A stretch of 64,000 nt of DNA from contig NIVC01002279.1 in assembly GCA_002269645.1 (NCBI GenBank), positions 1-64,000 of the forward strand. Reading direction: 5' to 3'. The stretch is from Macrostomum lignano (Eukaryota). The notes beneath the pieces were generated by a model. The model did not search any database and was not told the origin of the DNA. It was given only the letters and a program-made list of their open reading frames with translations. Positions 13,700 through 26,279 of this stretch are shown here, piece after piece (the stretch's first letter is position 1; every line of letters starts with the position of its first letter). The translations under genes and the position numbers were made by a program.

Positions 13700-13945
13700 G
13701 TCTCTGATCCTATTTTTTAAGATCCCAATCTCAAATTCAAATCCCAGATCCCAATCTCAGATCCAAATCTCAAATCTCAAATTCAAATCTCAAATCCCAA
13801 TCTCAAATTCAAAACCCAGATCCCAATCTCAGATCCAAATCTCAAATCTCAAATTCAAATCTCAAATCCCAATCTCAAATCCCAATCTCAGATCCAGATC
13901 TCAAATCCCAATCTCAAATCCCAATCTTGAATCCTAATCTCGAAT
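13700..13945. repeat. Degenerate CAAATCTCAAATCCCAATCT repeat before Notch exon 3
   Basis: Short imperfect tandem units. Confidence 0.8.
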
Positions 13946-14014
13946 CATGACACCAATGCATAAAAAATCCCAGATCCCAGATTTTACAAGCTGCCAATCC
14001 CGCACAATTCGCAG

Positions 14015-15045
14015 GTCCCAACTGTGAGAACAACATCGGCAGTTGCTCCGCCGCCGCCTCGGCGGCACCCGACGGCGTCGTTTGTCACAACGGCGGCGAC
14101 TGCCTGGACAAAGTCGGCGGCGGCTTCCGCTGCCGCTGCCCAGCCGGCTGGTTCGGCGACCGCTGCGCCAGCCGCGCCAACCCGTGCCAGTCGCGGCCTT
14201 GCGCCAACTCGGCGCTTTGCCGGCCGGCGCCGAACTGGGTGAACTTCAGCTGCGACTGCTCGACCGCCGACGGCGGCTTCTCCGGCCCGCTGAGCCTCGA
14301 CGACATCGACGAGTGCCAGGCGGCGGGCCGCTGCGACTCCGACGGCACGCAGCGCTGCTTGAACACCGTCGGCTCATTCAAATGCGTCTGCAAGCCCGGC
14401 TTCGTTGGCGAGCACTGCGACCGTCGGGCTGATCGCTGCGCCTCCGTCGTCTGTCTCAACGGCGGCTGGTGCGACCCGGCCGACGGCTCGTGCCGCTGCC
14501 AGCCGGAGTTCGACGGCTTCGACTGCTTCCGCCCGCGCGACAACTGCTTCCCGTCGCCCTGTCTGAATGGCGGCCAGTGCCGGACCTTAGTTGACGCCTA
14601 CGTTTGCACCTGCCCGCCCGGCTACGGTGGGCTGGACTGCGAGAAGGTCAACGCATGCTCGAATTCGTCCTGCCTAGGTCGAGGAACTTGCAGAGTCGAG
14701 CAGCGAATTGCTGCTTCTGCTGCTGCTGCCGCCGGCCAGCCGGATTTCCGTTGCGATTGTCACTCAGGATTTGGCGGCCAATTCTGTCAGGATCGAATTC
14801 GCGGCGGTGCAGTGCTGAGTCGAGGCTCTGGCTGCAGCGACTCCCTGTGCTCAGGGGTCGGCAGGTGCTTCAATGATAGCGGCACGATTCTCTGCCAGTG
14901 CCCGTTTGGTTACAGCGGCAGGCGCTGCGAGTCCCCGGTGAATCCTTGCGATTCCAATCCGTGCCGACGAGGCGGCACCTGCGTTGCCGGTCTGGCTAAC
15001 GGGGATCCAACTAACTATACCTGCCTGTGCAAGCCGGGGTTCCAG
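14015..15045 (+). CDS. Notch: Notch exon 3 (end EGF6 to EGF14)
   Basis: ttcgcAG acceptor completes CPLGFNG|PNCE from exon 2. Continuous EGF repeats (ORF 14239 frame). CAG|GT donor at 15046; 1031 nt fits the phases. Confidence 0.93.
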
Positions 15046-15164
15046 GTGATCACTAACTGTTGCTTAAATTGTTCGTATGAACTATTTAATATGCTAATAT
15101 GATTTGCGGACTCCCATCACACCTTAAATTCACATTTAAGGACTCCTGAGGCCTCATAAACGCG

Positions 15165-16230
15165 AAATATCACAAACCCGAAATATCATAAGCCCGAAAT
15201 ATCACAAACCCGAAATATCATAAGCCCGAAATATCATAAGCCCGAAATTTCATAAACCCGAAATATCATAAACCCGAAATATCATAAGCCCGAAATATCA
15301 TAAACCCGAAATATCATAAACCCGAAATATCATAAACCCGAAATATCACAAACCCGAAATATCACACACCCAAAATATCATAAACCCGAAATATCATAAG
15401 CCCGAAATATCACAAACCCGAAATATCACAAACCCGAAATATCAAAAACCCGAAATATCATAAGCCCGAAATATCATTAACCCGAAATATCATAAGCCCG
15501 AAATATCATTAACCCGAAATATCATAAACCCGAAATATCACAAACCCGAAATATCACAAACCCGAAATATCAAAAACCTGAAATATCACAAGCCTGAAAT
15601 ATCATAAGCCCGAAATATCACAAACGGGAAATATCATAAACCCGAAATATCATAAACCCGAAATATCACAAACCCGAAATATCACACACCCAAAATATCA
15701 TAAACCCGAAATATCATTAACCCGAAATATCATAAACCCGAAATATCACAAACCCGAAATATCACAAACCCGAAATATCAAAAACCTGAAATATCACAAG
15801 CCTGAAATATCATAAGCCCGAAATATCACAAACGGGAAATATCATAAACCCGAAATATCATAAACCCGAAATATCACACACCCAAAATATCATAAACCCG
15901 AAATATCATAAGCCCGAAATATCACTAACCCGAAATATCACAAACCCGAAATATCAAAAACCCGAAATATCATAAGCCCGAAATATCAAAAACCCGAAAT
16001 ATCATAAGCCCGAAATATCATTAACCCGAAATATCATAAGCCCGAAATATCATTAACCCGAAATATCATAAACCCGAAATATCACAAACCCGAAATATCA
16101 AAAACCTGAAATATCACAAGCCTGAAATATCATAAGCCCGAAATATCACAAACGGGAAATATCATAAACCCGAAATATCATAAACCCGAAATATCATAAA
16201 CCCGAAATATCTTAAACCCGAAATACCCGA
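15165..16230. repeat. 16-bp minisatellite (TAAACCCGAAATATCA) with a short inverted copy at ~16262-16293
   Basis: Tandem copies; reverse-complement unit TATTTCGGGTTTGTGAT lies just downstream. Confidence 0.93.
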
Positions 16231-16296
16231 AAGTGTTGGCAATTTCCAACGATTTTTTGGTTTTCGGATATTTCGGGTTTGTGATGGCGACCTACT

Positions 16297-17022
16297 GGGA
16301 TGTCAAGGCTTACGGGGGCAATCGATCAGATGTCAAGGCTTACGGGGGGCAATCGATCAGATGTCAAGGCTTACGGGGGGCAATCGATCAGATGTCAAGG
16401 CTTACGGGGGGCAATCGATCAGATGTCAAGGCTTACGGGGGGCAATCGATCAGATGTCAAGGCTTACGGGGGGCAATCGATCAGATGTCAAGGCTTACGG
16501 GGGGCAATCGATCAGATGTCAAGGCTTACGGGGGGCAATCGATCAGATGTCAAGGCTTACGGGGGGCAATCGATCAGATGTCAAGGCTTACGGGGGCAAT
16601 CGATCAGATGTCAAGGCTTACGGGGGGCAATCGATCAGATGTCAAGGCTTACGGGGGGCAATCGATCAGATGTCAAGGCTTACGGGGGGCAATCGATCAG
16701 ATGTCAAGGCTTACGGGGGGCAATCGATCAGATGTCAAGGCTTACGGGGGGCAATCGATCAGATGTCAAGGCTTACGGGGGGCAATCGATCAGATGTCAA
16801 GGCTTACGGGGGGCAATCGATCAGATGTCAAGGCTTACGGGGGGCAATCGATCAGATGTCAAGGCTTACGGGGGGCAATCGATCAGATGTCAAGGCTTAC
16901 GGGGGGCAATCGATCAGATGTCAAGGCTTACGGGGGGCAATCGATCAGATGTCAAGGCTTACGGGGGGCAATCGATCAGATGTCAAGGCTTACGGGGGGC
17001 AATCGATCAGATGTCAAGGCTT
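16297..17022. repeat. 31-bp minisatellite (GATGTCAAGGCTTACGGGGGGCAATCGATCA)
   Basis: About 23 near-identical copies. Confidence 0.96.
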
Positions 17023-17779
17023 AAAGATCAGAAGCTGCGAGTACGTGCAGTTTATTCAAAAAATGTATTCCATTTTTTGTTGGCTCCCCAACGGGTGGCG
17101 CTGACTGCTAGACCCATCCTAAATCCCCATTTAAGGACTACCATCCCATATCCTGGGTTTTTTTTCGTCCGAAATCCAAATGGCAAATGGTTCTAGTTGG
17201 TTGCCAGATTGGCCTCTGATGCCGCAAATCCAGTTGCCAATGGCTTTTTTGGGTAGCCGGTGGCTACTGTATGGCCTAAAAAAAACCCAGCCCATATCAG
17301 ATCCAGATTCAAGCAGACAAGGACTCCCAATCCCATCTCAGATCCCGAAATCAAAAGCCAAAATCTCTGAATAAGTGCGAGCCATGTATGTGGAAGTTGA
17401 TAAGCTTCAATGGAAAAAAATAAGAGTTGCCGTTGCGGAAGATCTTAACGGTGAGAAGAAAAGTGGCTTTGCATTTCGCATGCTCCACTGATCCGCTCTG
17501 CTCGCCATTTCTCAGCTAAATTCGCTCTCAGTCTCAGCAACCGTAATTGGTCATTTGCCATTAAATCTGCTTGCTCAGGTGTAACATTCGGCGATCAATT
17601 TCATTCATCGGTTTGAAAATCCTCATTTTCCCATTTGGGAAAAGTATAGGGGAAGAATGAGAGAGAGAGAGAAATCGGATTAAGTCGCTGCCCTGAGAGT
17701 GGATTAATATGGAATTTACTGGGAAATCTACGATAGCAGCTTCTCTGTCTGCTGTGCCATTTAGTTTGCTATATAACCT

Positions 17780-18800
17780 ACTAGTATAGTGTACGTACAT
17801 ACAGCTACTAATACAATGTATATACAGCTACTAATGTAGTGTACATACAGCTACTAGTATAGTGTACATACAGCTACTAGTATAGTGTACATAAAGCTAC
17901 TAATGTAGTGTACATACAGCTACTAGTATAGTGTACATACAGCTACTAGTATAGTGTACATAAAGCTACTAATGTAGTGTACATACAGCTACTAGTATAG
18001 TGTACATACAGCTACTAGTATAGTGTACATAAAGCTACTAATGTAGTGTACATACAGCTACTAGTATAGTGTACATACAGCTACTAGTATAGTGTACATA
18101 AAGCTACTAGTATAGTGTACATAAAGCTACTAGTATAGTGTACATAAAGCTACTAGTATAGTGTACATAAAGCTACTAGTATAGTGTACATAAAGATACT
18201 AGTATAGTGTACGTACATACAGCTACTAGTATAGTGTACATACAGCTACTAGTACAGTGTACATAAAGCTACTAGTATAGTATACAAAAAGATACTAGTA
18301 TAGTGTACAAAAAGATACTAGTATTGTGTACATACAGGTACTAGTATAGTGTGTACATAAAGCTACTAGTATAGTGTACATACAGGTACTAGTATAGTGT
18401 ACATACAGGTACTAGTATAGTGTACATACAGGTACTAGTATAGTGTACATAAAGCTACTAGTATAGTGTACAAAAATATACTAGTATAGTGTACATAAAG
18501 CTACTAATATAGTGTACATACAGGTACTAGTACAGTGTACATACAGGTACTAGTATAGTGTACATAAAGCTACTAGTATAGTGTACATACAGGTACTAGT
18601 ATAGTGTACATACAGGTACTAGTATAGTGTACATACAGGTACTAGTACAGTGTACATACAGGTACTAGTACAGTGTGCACACAGGTACTAGTATAGTGTA
18701 CATACAGGTACTAGTATAGTGTACATAAAGCTACTAGTATAGTGTACATACAGGTACTAGTATAGTGTACATACAGGTACTAGTATAGTGTATACATAAA
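17780..18800. repeat. 23-bp minisatellite (TAGTATAGTGTACATACAGCTAC)
   Basis: Tandem copies with drifting variants. Confidence 0.95.
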
Positions 18801-18992
18801 GCTAAGTTGAGGGGTTGAGAAGGCTTGATTTTTATCGCCTTTTATCGCAGTTTCATTTTGGGGACTTAAATTTCTTTTTTAATGTCCAATTAAAGCTCTG
18901 CGGACGCTCCCAAGAGGTGACCCGGAGATCCGCCAATACCGACATGTATCGAAAAAAAACATTTAAACTGTGCTCAACAACTAACTTTCAAG

Positions 18993-19573
18993 GGCCCGCA
19001 CTGCGAAGCTAACATCAACGAGTGCGCAAACGGGGGCGCCTGCGACCCGCGGGGCACCGAAGTCTGCATCGACGGCGTGGCCAGTTTCACCTGCCGCTGC
19101 CTGCCCGGCTTCACCGGCCAACTGTGCAACCGCTCCATCGACTACTGCCTGCCGACGGCCACGCCGAAGCCTCCGCGCTGTTTAAACGGCGGCGTGTGCC
19201 GGTCGGATCGGCGCCAACCAACGCCCGGCGCCGTCTGCGACTGCCCCGCCGGCTACCACGGGCCGCTCTGTCAGCTCACCTTCGATCCGTGCGCCGCCGC
19301 CTCCGCCGTCTGTCAGAACGGCGGAGTCTGCGAGATTGTCGGCGCCAATCGGACCCGCTGCATTTGTCCGCCGGGCACCGCCGGCCTGCGCTGCGAGATC
19401 GACTACATCAACTCGTGCAAGAGTTCGGCGTCGCCGACTGGCGAAAGCCCGTGCCACGGCGACCAGTCCGAATGTCGCGACTTGCCCGAAGGATTCCGCT
19501 GCCGCTGCCAACCGGGCCTGTGCGGTCCCACCTGCGACCGGGAGTGTCCTACGCTTGAGGAGGAGCGCAGCAG
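18993..19573 (+). CDS. Notch: Notch exon 4 (end EGF14 to EGF18)
   Basis: tttcaAG acceptor completes CKPGFQ|GPHCEANINEC. EGF repeats in ORF 19077 frame. AG|GTGAG donor at 19574 (phase 2). Confidence 0.93.
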
Positions 19574-19604
19574 GTGAGGAGAGAAGCTTCAAAGGTTGAG
19601 AGTC

Positions 19605-20045
19605 GGTGTTCAGGGCTTTCGGATCAGGGTTCAGGGCTTTCGGATCGGGGTTCAGGGCTTTCAGATCAGGGTTCAGGGCTTTCAGATCGGGGTTCAGAGC
19701 TTTCGGATCGGGGTTCAAGACTGGGAAATCGGGACTCAAGACTGGGAAATTGGGACTCAAGACTGGGAAATCGGGACTCAAGACTGGGAAATCGGGACTC
19801 AAGACTGGGAAATCGGGACTCAAGACTGGGAAATCGGGACTCAAGACTGGGAAATCGGGACTCAAGACTGGGAAATCGGGACTCAAGACTGAGAAATCGG
19901 GACTCAAGACTGGGAAATCGGGACTCAAGACTGGGAAATTGGGACTCAAGACTGGGAAATCGGGACTCAAGACTGGGAAATCGGGACTCAAGACTGGGAA
20001 ATCGGGACTCAAGACTGGGAAATCGGGACTCAAGACTTGGAAATT
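19605..20045. repeat. Two adjoining 21-bp arrays filling Notch intron 4
   Basis: GATCGGGGTTCAGGGCTTTCA followed by GACTGGGAAATCGGGACTCAA units. Confidence 0.95.
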
Positions 20046-20079
20046 CGGACTCCAATAATACATTCCGTTCTTACCGCAG

Positions 20080-20733
20080 CTGCCGGATGCACGGCTGCCA
20101 AACCAAAGCCGGCAATGGCGTCTGCGACCCGGACTGCGACAGCCTCGCCTGCGACTGGGACGGAGGCGACTGCGCCTCCGGCTGGCAGCCCTGGGCCAAC
20201 TGCACCGCAGCCAGGAGCGGGGACGCCGGCGGCTGCATCGCCGGCTATGGCGACGGCCTCTGCCAGCTGGAGTGCAGCGACCAGCGCTGCCTGTTCGACG
20301 GCGGCGACTGCGACGCTTCGACATCCGCCCCTCCGACCACGAGTACGAAAGCTACTGCAGAGACCACTTCGCTGACGGCAGATGCGACTCTGGTTGCGAC
20401 ACCGCCGCCTATCTGTTCGATGGTGGCGACTGTCTGCCGGCCAGTTCGACAGGGAAGCTGCCGCCGCAGCCACCGACGCCGCCGCCGCCCGCCGGCTACT
20501 TGAAGCTGGCCGTCGGCGGCCGCAACGCCAGCGGATTCCGGCCTGACACAGCGGTGGGCCGGCAGTTTGTCCGCAGCCTCAGCCAGCGACTCGGCTGTCT
20601 GGTTCAGCTGGCGGCCGAGCCCTCGGCTGCCGTCAGTAGCGGCGACGGCACGGTGGTGTTGGTGCTGGTTTACCGCTTGGGCCTGTGCCACCGGCCCGAC
20701 CGCTGCTACACCAGCGCCGATTATGCAGCTCAG
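20080..20733 (+). CDS. Notch: Notch exon 5 (LNR-A/B/C and HD-N), 1-bp deletion frameshift at 20326/20327
   Basis: accgcAG acceptor. CRMHGCQTKAGNGVCDPDCDSLACDWDGGDC and CIAGYGDGLCQLECSDQRCLFDGGDC are in one frame, YCRDHFADGRCDSGC...FDGGDC in the next. CAG|GTGAG donor. 654 nt where 655 are needed. Confidence 0.92.
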
Positions 20734-20809
20734 GTGAGTAACAAGTTTCGCATTAAGCTTCAAACCCCATTTTGGAGTTTTTAAGATAGGTGTCGCGCTG
20801 CCTGATTCT

Positions 20810-21210
20810 GAAGGTTAGAGATCCCCGATCTGAAGGTCAGAGATCCCCGATCTGAAAGTCAGAGATCCCCGATCTGAAGGTCAGAGATCCCCGATCTGAA
20901 AGTCAGAGATCCCCGATCTGAAGGTCAGAGATCCCCGATCTGAAGGTTAGAGATCCTCGATCTGAAGGTTAGAGATCCCCAATCTGAAGGTTAGAGATCC
21001 CCGATCTGAAGGTTAGAGATCCCCAATCTGAAGGTTAGAGATACCCGATCTGAAGGTTAGAGATCCCCGATCTGAAGGTTAGAGATCCTCGATCTGAAGG
21101 TTAGAGATCCCCGATCTGAAGGTTAGAGATCCCCAACCTGAAGGTTAGAGATCGCCGATCTGAAGGTTAGAGATCCCCAACCTGAAGGTTAGAGACCCCC
21201 AATCTGAAGT
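20810..21210. repeat. 22-bp minisatellite (GATCTGAAGGTTAGAGATCCCC), Notch intron 5
   Basis: Tandem copies. Confidence 0.94.
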
Positions 21211-21238
21211 TCAAACTCCCCAATCTCAATCCCCCCAG

Positions 21239-21733
21239 GCACTCGCCGCCGACCTCCGACTTGAAAGTTCGGCCTCCTCAACGGCTGCTGGGCGGCGGCG
21301 GCCTCGGCCCTCGCTGACCCTGCCGCTAATCGGCGTGTCGGCGCAGCTGCCTGCTGCGGCGCCCGACCCACTGGTCAGCCGCGACTCTATGCTCCTGCCC
21401 GCCGTTGTCGGCTGCGTCTGCCTGTCAATCATCGCCATCTTTATCGGCGTATTGTTTCGCACCTTTAAATCGTCGGCCTCGTCCGCTTCGAGATCCTCCT
21501 CGATCGGCGGCGGCACCGGACGACGCGAAGCCGGCCGGCTGTGGTGCCCGCCGGGATTCCAGCCGCTGAACAGCGTGTCCAGCAGCGGCGGCGGCTGCGG
21601 CTGCGGCCACCCAGATAACGAGTGTCCGGGCGCCGCCTACTCAATGCAGCATCGGCAGCACCCGCTGCTGTTGGACGACTCGTTCGAACAGCCAGCCGCC
21701 AAGCGAAGCAAGCGCTGCTGCTCTACAGATCGG
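21239..21733 (+). CDS. Notch: Notch exon 6 (HD-C, TM, RAM, NLS)
   Basis: ccccccAG acceptor. TM LLPAVVGCVCLSIIAIFIGVLF, RAM-like LWCPPGF, NLS-like PAAKRSKR. CGG|GTGAGC donor at 21734. Confidence 0.9.
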
Positions 21734-21989
21734 GTGAGCTGTGCTGCTGCTTTTACTCGTAGCCTCGGCTGCATGCTGGCTGGTCACGTGATCCGATCGG
21801 ATGGCTTTTTATGTGGCTCGCTTGCTTTGTTGACAGTAGATATGCTAAGCGAACTGACTGCTGCTTTGTAAATTACAGGTTTTCAGTGCTGCAATGGATG
21901 CCTTCGTATTACTAATAGCTCGCTTATGATAGTTTTACTATGCTAATAGATTAGCAATCCATACTACTGAGCTAGTTAGTGGATTAGCA

Positions 21990-22915
21990 ATCTAATTCTA
22001 TTCCTTCATCATATGATGAGATGTTGGCTAGATTAGCAATCCATTCTTTTCCTTCATCATATGATGAGATGTTGGCTAGATTAGCAATCCATTCTTTTCC
22101 TTCATCATATGATGAGATGTTGGCTAGATTAGCAATCCATTCTATTCCTTCATCATACGATGAGATGTTGGCTAGATTAGCAATCCATTCTATTCCTTCA
22201 TCATACGATGAGATGTTGGCTAGATTAGCAATCCATTCTATTCCTTCATCATACGATGAGATGTTGGCTAGATTAGCAATCCATTCTATTCCTTCATCAT
22301 ACGATGAGATGTTGGCTAGATTAGCAATCCATTCTATTCCTTTATCATACGATGAGATGTTGGCTAGATTAGCAATCCATTCTATTCCTTCATCATACGA
22401 TGAGATGTTGGCTAGATTAGCAATCTATTCTATTCCTTCATCATGTGATGAGATGTTGGCTAGATTAGCTATCCATTCTATTCCTTCATCATGTGATGAG
22501 ATGTTGGCTAGATTAGCAATCCATTCTATTCCTTCATCATGTGATGAGATGTTGGCTAGATTAGCAATCCATTCTATTCCTTCATCATATGATGAGATGT
22601 TGGCTAGATTAGCAATCCATTCTATTCCTTCATCATATGATGAGATGTTGGCTAGATTAGCAATCCATTCTATTCCTTCATCATATGATGAGATGTTGGC
22701 TAGATTAGCAATCCATTCTATTCCTTCATCATGTGATGAGATGTTGGCTAGATTTGCAATCCATTCTATTCCTTCATCATATGATGAGATGTTGGCTAGA
22801 TTAGCAATCCATTCTATTCCTTCATCATACGATGAGATGTTGGCTAGATTAGCAATCCATTCTATTCCTTCATCATATGATGAGATGTTGGCTAGATTAG
22901 CAATCCATTCTAATC
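21990..22915. repeat. 48-bp minisatellite with internal palindrome
   Basis: About 19 copies of ATGTTGGCTAGATTAGCAATCCATTCTATTCCTTCATCATATGATGAG. Confidence 0.96.
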
Positions 22916-23439
22916 CGTGAGCAGTTTTGCAACTGCAGGTTAGTACTGCAGCAAAAAAAATCATTTTCAAACAATCTCAAACTGCCTGCATCAAATCCAA
23001 AGGCTCAAAGTCGGCATCAAGGCCAGCTTCCCCGGCTTCTGCGCAGGTGGCCAGGTATATTTACCTTCTAGTAGAGAAGAGTTCTAGTAGTCCAGCGTAC
23101 CAGCGGCTGTTGCCAATATTGATAAATTGGTGTCAGTATTTGCAATAAATAACCACCCACCCACCTCATTATTATCCCGAGACGAAGCTCTAGATGTGTC
23201 CCGTTTACATATTCAACTGGCAATACAATTATTATACACAGATATTATATATATTGTTTGTTTGCGGTGCATTTCATTAGCTCACATTATTAATGACCCA
23301 TTAGCAGGTAATTTTTTCCGTTACGTCATCTTAGTGTGTTAATAATCTTTACAGTATTTTAATACCCGCCCAGAGTTGGCCTTGATTAAATCTGTGCGGC
23401 TCCATTCTACCTGCCTACCCTAACCTGTGCGTATACTGT

Positions 23440-23900
23440 GCTGTCAGGTGGCGCTTAATTTTGCGTCAGATGGCGCCTAAATTAGTGTCAGATGGCGCCT
23501 AAATTAGTGTCAAATGCCACTCAATTTTGTGTCAGATAGCGCCTAAATTAGTGTCAGATAGCGCCTAAATTTGTGTCAGGTGCCACTCAATTTTTTTTCA
23601 GATGGTGCCTAAATTAGCGTCAGATGGCGCCAAATTAAGCTTCAGATGGCGCCTAAATTAGTGTCAGATGGCGTCTAAATTAGTGTCTGATAATGGCTAA
23701 ATAGTTGTCAGAAGACGCCTAAATTTTGTGTCAGATGGCGCCTAAATTAGTGTCCGATGGAGGCTAAATTTGTGTCAAATGCTGGTAAAATTTTGAATCA
23801 GAATCCGATGGTAGCCAGATTTGTGTCAGATGGTGCTTAAATTTGTGTCAGACAGAGCATAAATTAATGTCAGATGGCGCCTAGATTAGTGGCAGATGAT
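23440..23900. repeat. Degenerate ~21-22-bp repeat (AAATTAGTGTCAGATGGCGCCT)
   Basis: Imperfect tandem copies. Confidence 0.85.
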
Positions 23901-24429
23901 GGACTTTAGAGCAGTATCACAGATGCTAATATTAGCGTCGAGTGGCGCCTGGAGAGCTTTCAACAATCAGCCGCAGATTGAAAACATTTTGCTTTGCACA
24001 GTTTCAAAGGTTGCTATAGCATATCACATCTTACTACTTAAAGTAGTACAGAACTCAGTACTATAATATGCGCGCACACCCGAACAGCAGCAGCAAGCGG
24101 CAGTGGGTGCCTCATCAAATCCGGCAGCAGCGGAGGCTTTAGCCAGCCGCCAGATCTGCTTCTCTTTAACAGCTCTGGCCCCGCACAGCCAATGTCTTCT
24201 GCTTCAGCAGCAACAGCAGCAATTTCCCTCCTGTCTTTCGCAGCGTTGCTGCTGTTGCTGCGGCCACGACTGCCGCCCGGCGTCTTTCCCCGCGCCCCCG
24301 CTTTCCAGTAACGAATTCTTTCTTTTACTTTATTACTTTCCTGGCTTTTTCAGTTTCTTATTGTAGCCTTAGCAACAATGGTTCCTTACAGATGTTGTCT
24401 GCTGTCACACTGTTCATGAGCTGAGACGC

Positions 24430-25715
24430 TTGAGATCTGACATTTGGAGACGTTTGAGATCTGATTGTAAGACACATTTGATCTGACAGTGTGAGATATG
24501 ACATCTGACAGTGTGAGACACGAGAGATCTGACAGTGTGAGACATGAGATCTGAGACAGTATCAGACATGTGAGATCTGACAGTGTAAGACATGAGATCT
24601 GACAGTGTGAGACACGTGAGATCTGACAGTGTGAGATACTTGAGATCTGACAGTGTGAGACACGTGAGACCTGACAGTGTGAGACACGTGAGATCTGACA
24701 GTGTGAGATATGACATCTGACAGTGTGAGACACTTGAGATCTGACAGTGTGAGACACTTGAGATCTGACAGTGTGAGACACTTGAGATCTGACAGTGTGA
24801 GAAACTTGAGATCTGACAGTGTGAGACACTTGAGATCTGACAGTGTGAGACACTTGAGATCTGACAGTGTGAGACATGAGATCTGACAGTGTGAGACACG
24901 TGAGATCTGACAGTGTAAGACACGCGAGATCTGACAGTGTGAGACACGTGAGATCTGACAGTGTGAGACATGAGATCTGACAGTGTGAGACGCGTGAGAT
25001 CTGACAGTGTGAGACATGAGATCTGACAGTGTGAGACGCGTGAGATCTGACAGTGTGAGACATGAGATATGACAGTGTGAGACGCGTGAGATCTGACAGT
25101 GTGAGACATGAGATATGACAGTGTGAGACACGTGAGATCTGACAGTGTGAGACACGTGAGATCTGACAGTGAGACACGTGAGATCTGACAGTGTAAGACA
25201 CGTGAGATCTGACAGTGTGAGACGCATTAGATCTGACAGTGTGACACGTGAGATCTGACAGTGAGACACGTGAGATCTGACAGTGTGAGACGCATTAGAT
25301 CTGACAGTGTGACACGTGAGATCTGACAGTGAGACACGTGAGATCTGACAGTGTGAGACACATGAGATCTGACAGTGTGAGACGCGTGAGATCTGACAGT
25401 GTGAGACATGAGATATGACAGTGTGAGACGCGTGAGATCTGACAGTGTGAGACATGAGATATGACAGTGTGAGACACGTGAGATCTGACAGTGTGAGACA
25501 CGTGAGATCTGACAGTGAGACACGTGAGATCTGACAGTGTAAGACACGTGAGATCTGACAGTGTGAGACGCATTAGATCTGACAGTGTGACACGTGAGAT
25601 CTGACAGTGAGACACGTGAGATCTGACAGTGTGAGACGCATTAGATCTGACAGTGTGACACGTGAGATCTGACAGTGAGACACGTGAGATCTGACAGTGT
25701 GAGACACATGAGATC
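24430..25715. repeat. 20-24-bp minisatellite (GAGATCTGACAGTGTGAGACACGT)
   Basis: Tandem copies; source of the SHTVRS repeat ORFs. Confidence 0.95.
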
Positions 25716-26279
25716 TGAAAATGACTCATGATACTGATTTGACCTGTGCCGTATTACTAGGGCACAGACAAAGCCAGTGTTAATGACTGAGTGTAAAACA
25801 AAAACAAAGCCATTATTTTCACACAACACTAATTGTCCATAGCAGATTTATTTGCATGCAAAATGTAAGCTGTCATGCGGTGAGAACGGCCGCTACAACA
25901 ATAGGTGTATTATTAATTGCCGAATGTCCTGCTATGGGTTCGTATCGTAGTTTAGCTATCGAATTTAACAGTTGATCAACACGGCAACTCGCTCGATTAT
26001 AAAGGATTTAGTACCAGCCGTAAATTTGTATAGAACGAACAAGTCGGACACAAATAGATCTATTGTTGTGACCTTTCATTAATTCTGTCTGCGAGTATTC
26101 TGTCTGTCTAAACTATTCTGTCCTTTTGCCCACCCGATATTTTTTCGCGTTTCTTTAAATTTAAGCAAAAACTTTTTCTATTCTACTTAAAGTATAACAA
26201 TAAGCATATTTTACTGATAAAAATATGTACCCTTGTTTAATTCCCATGGAACATCGTGTGAATATCTGCAGATGCCTTC

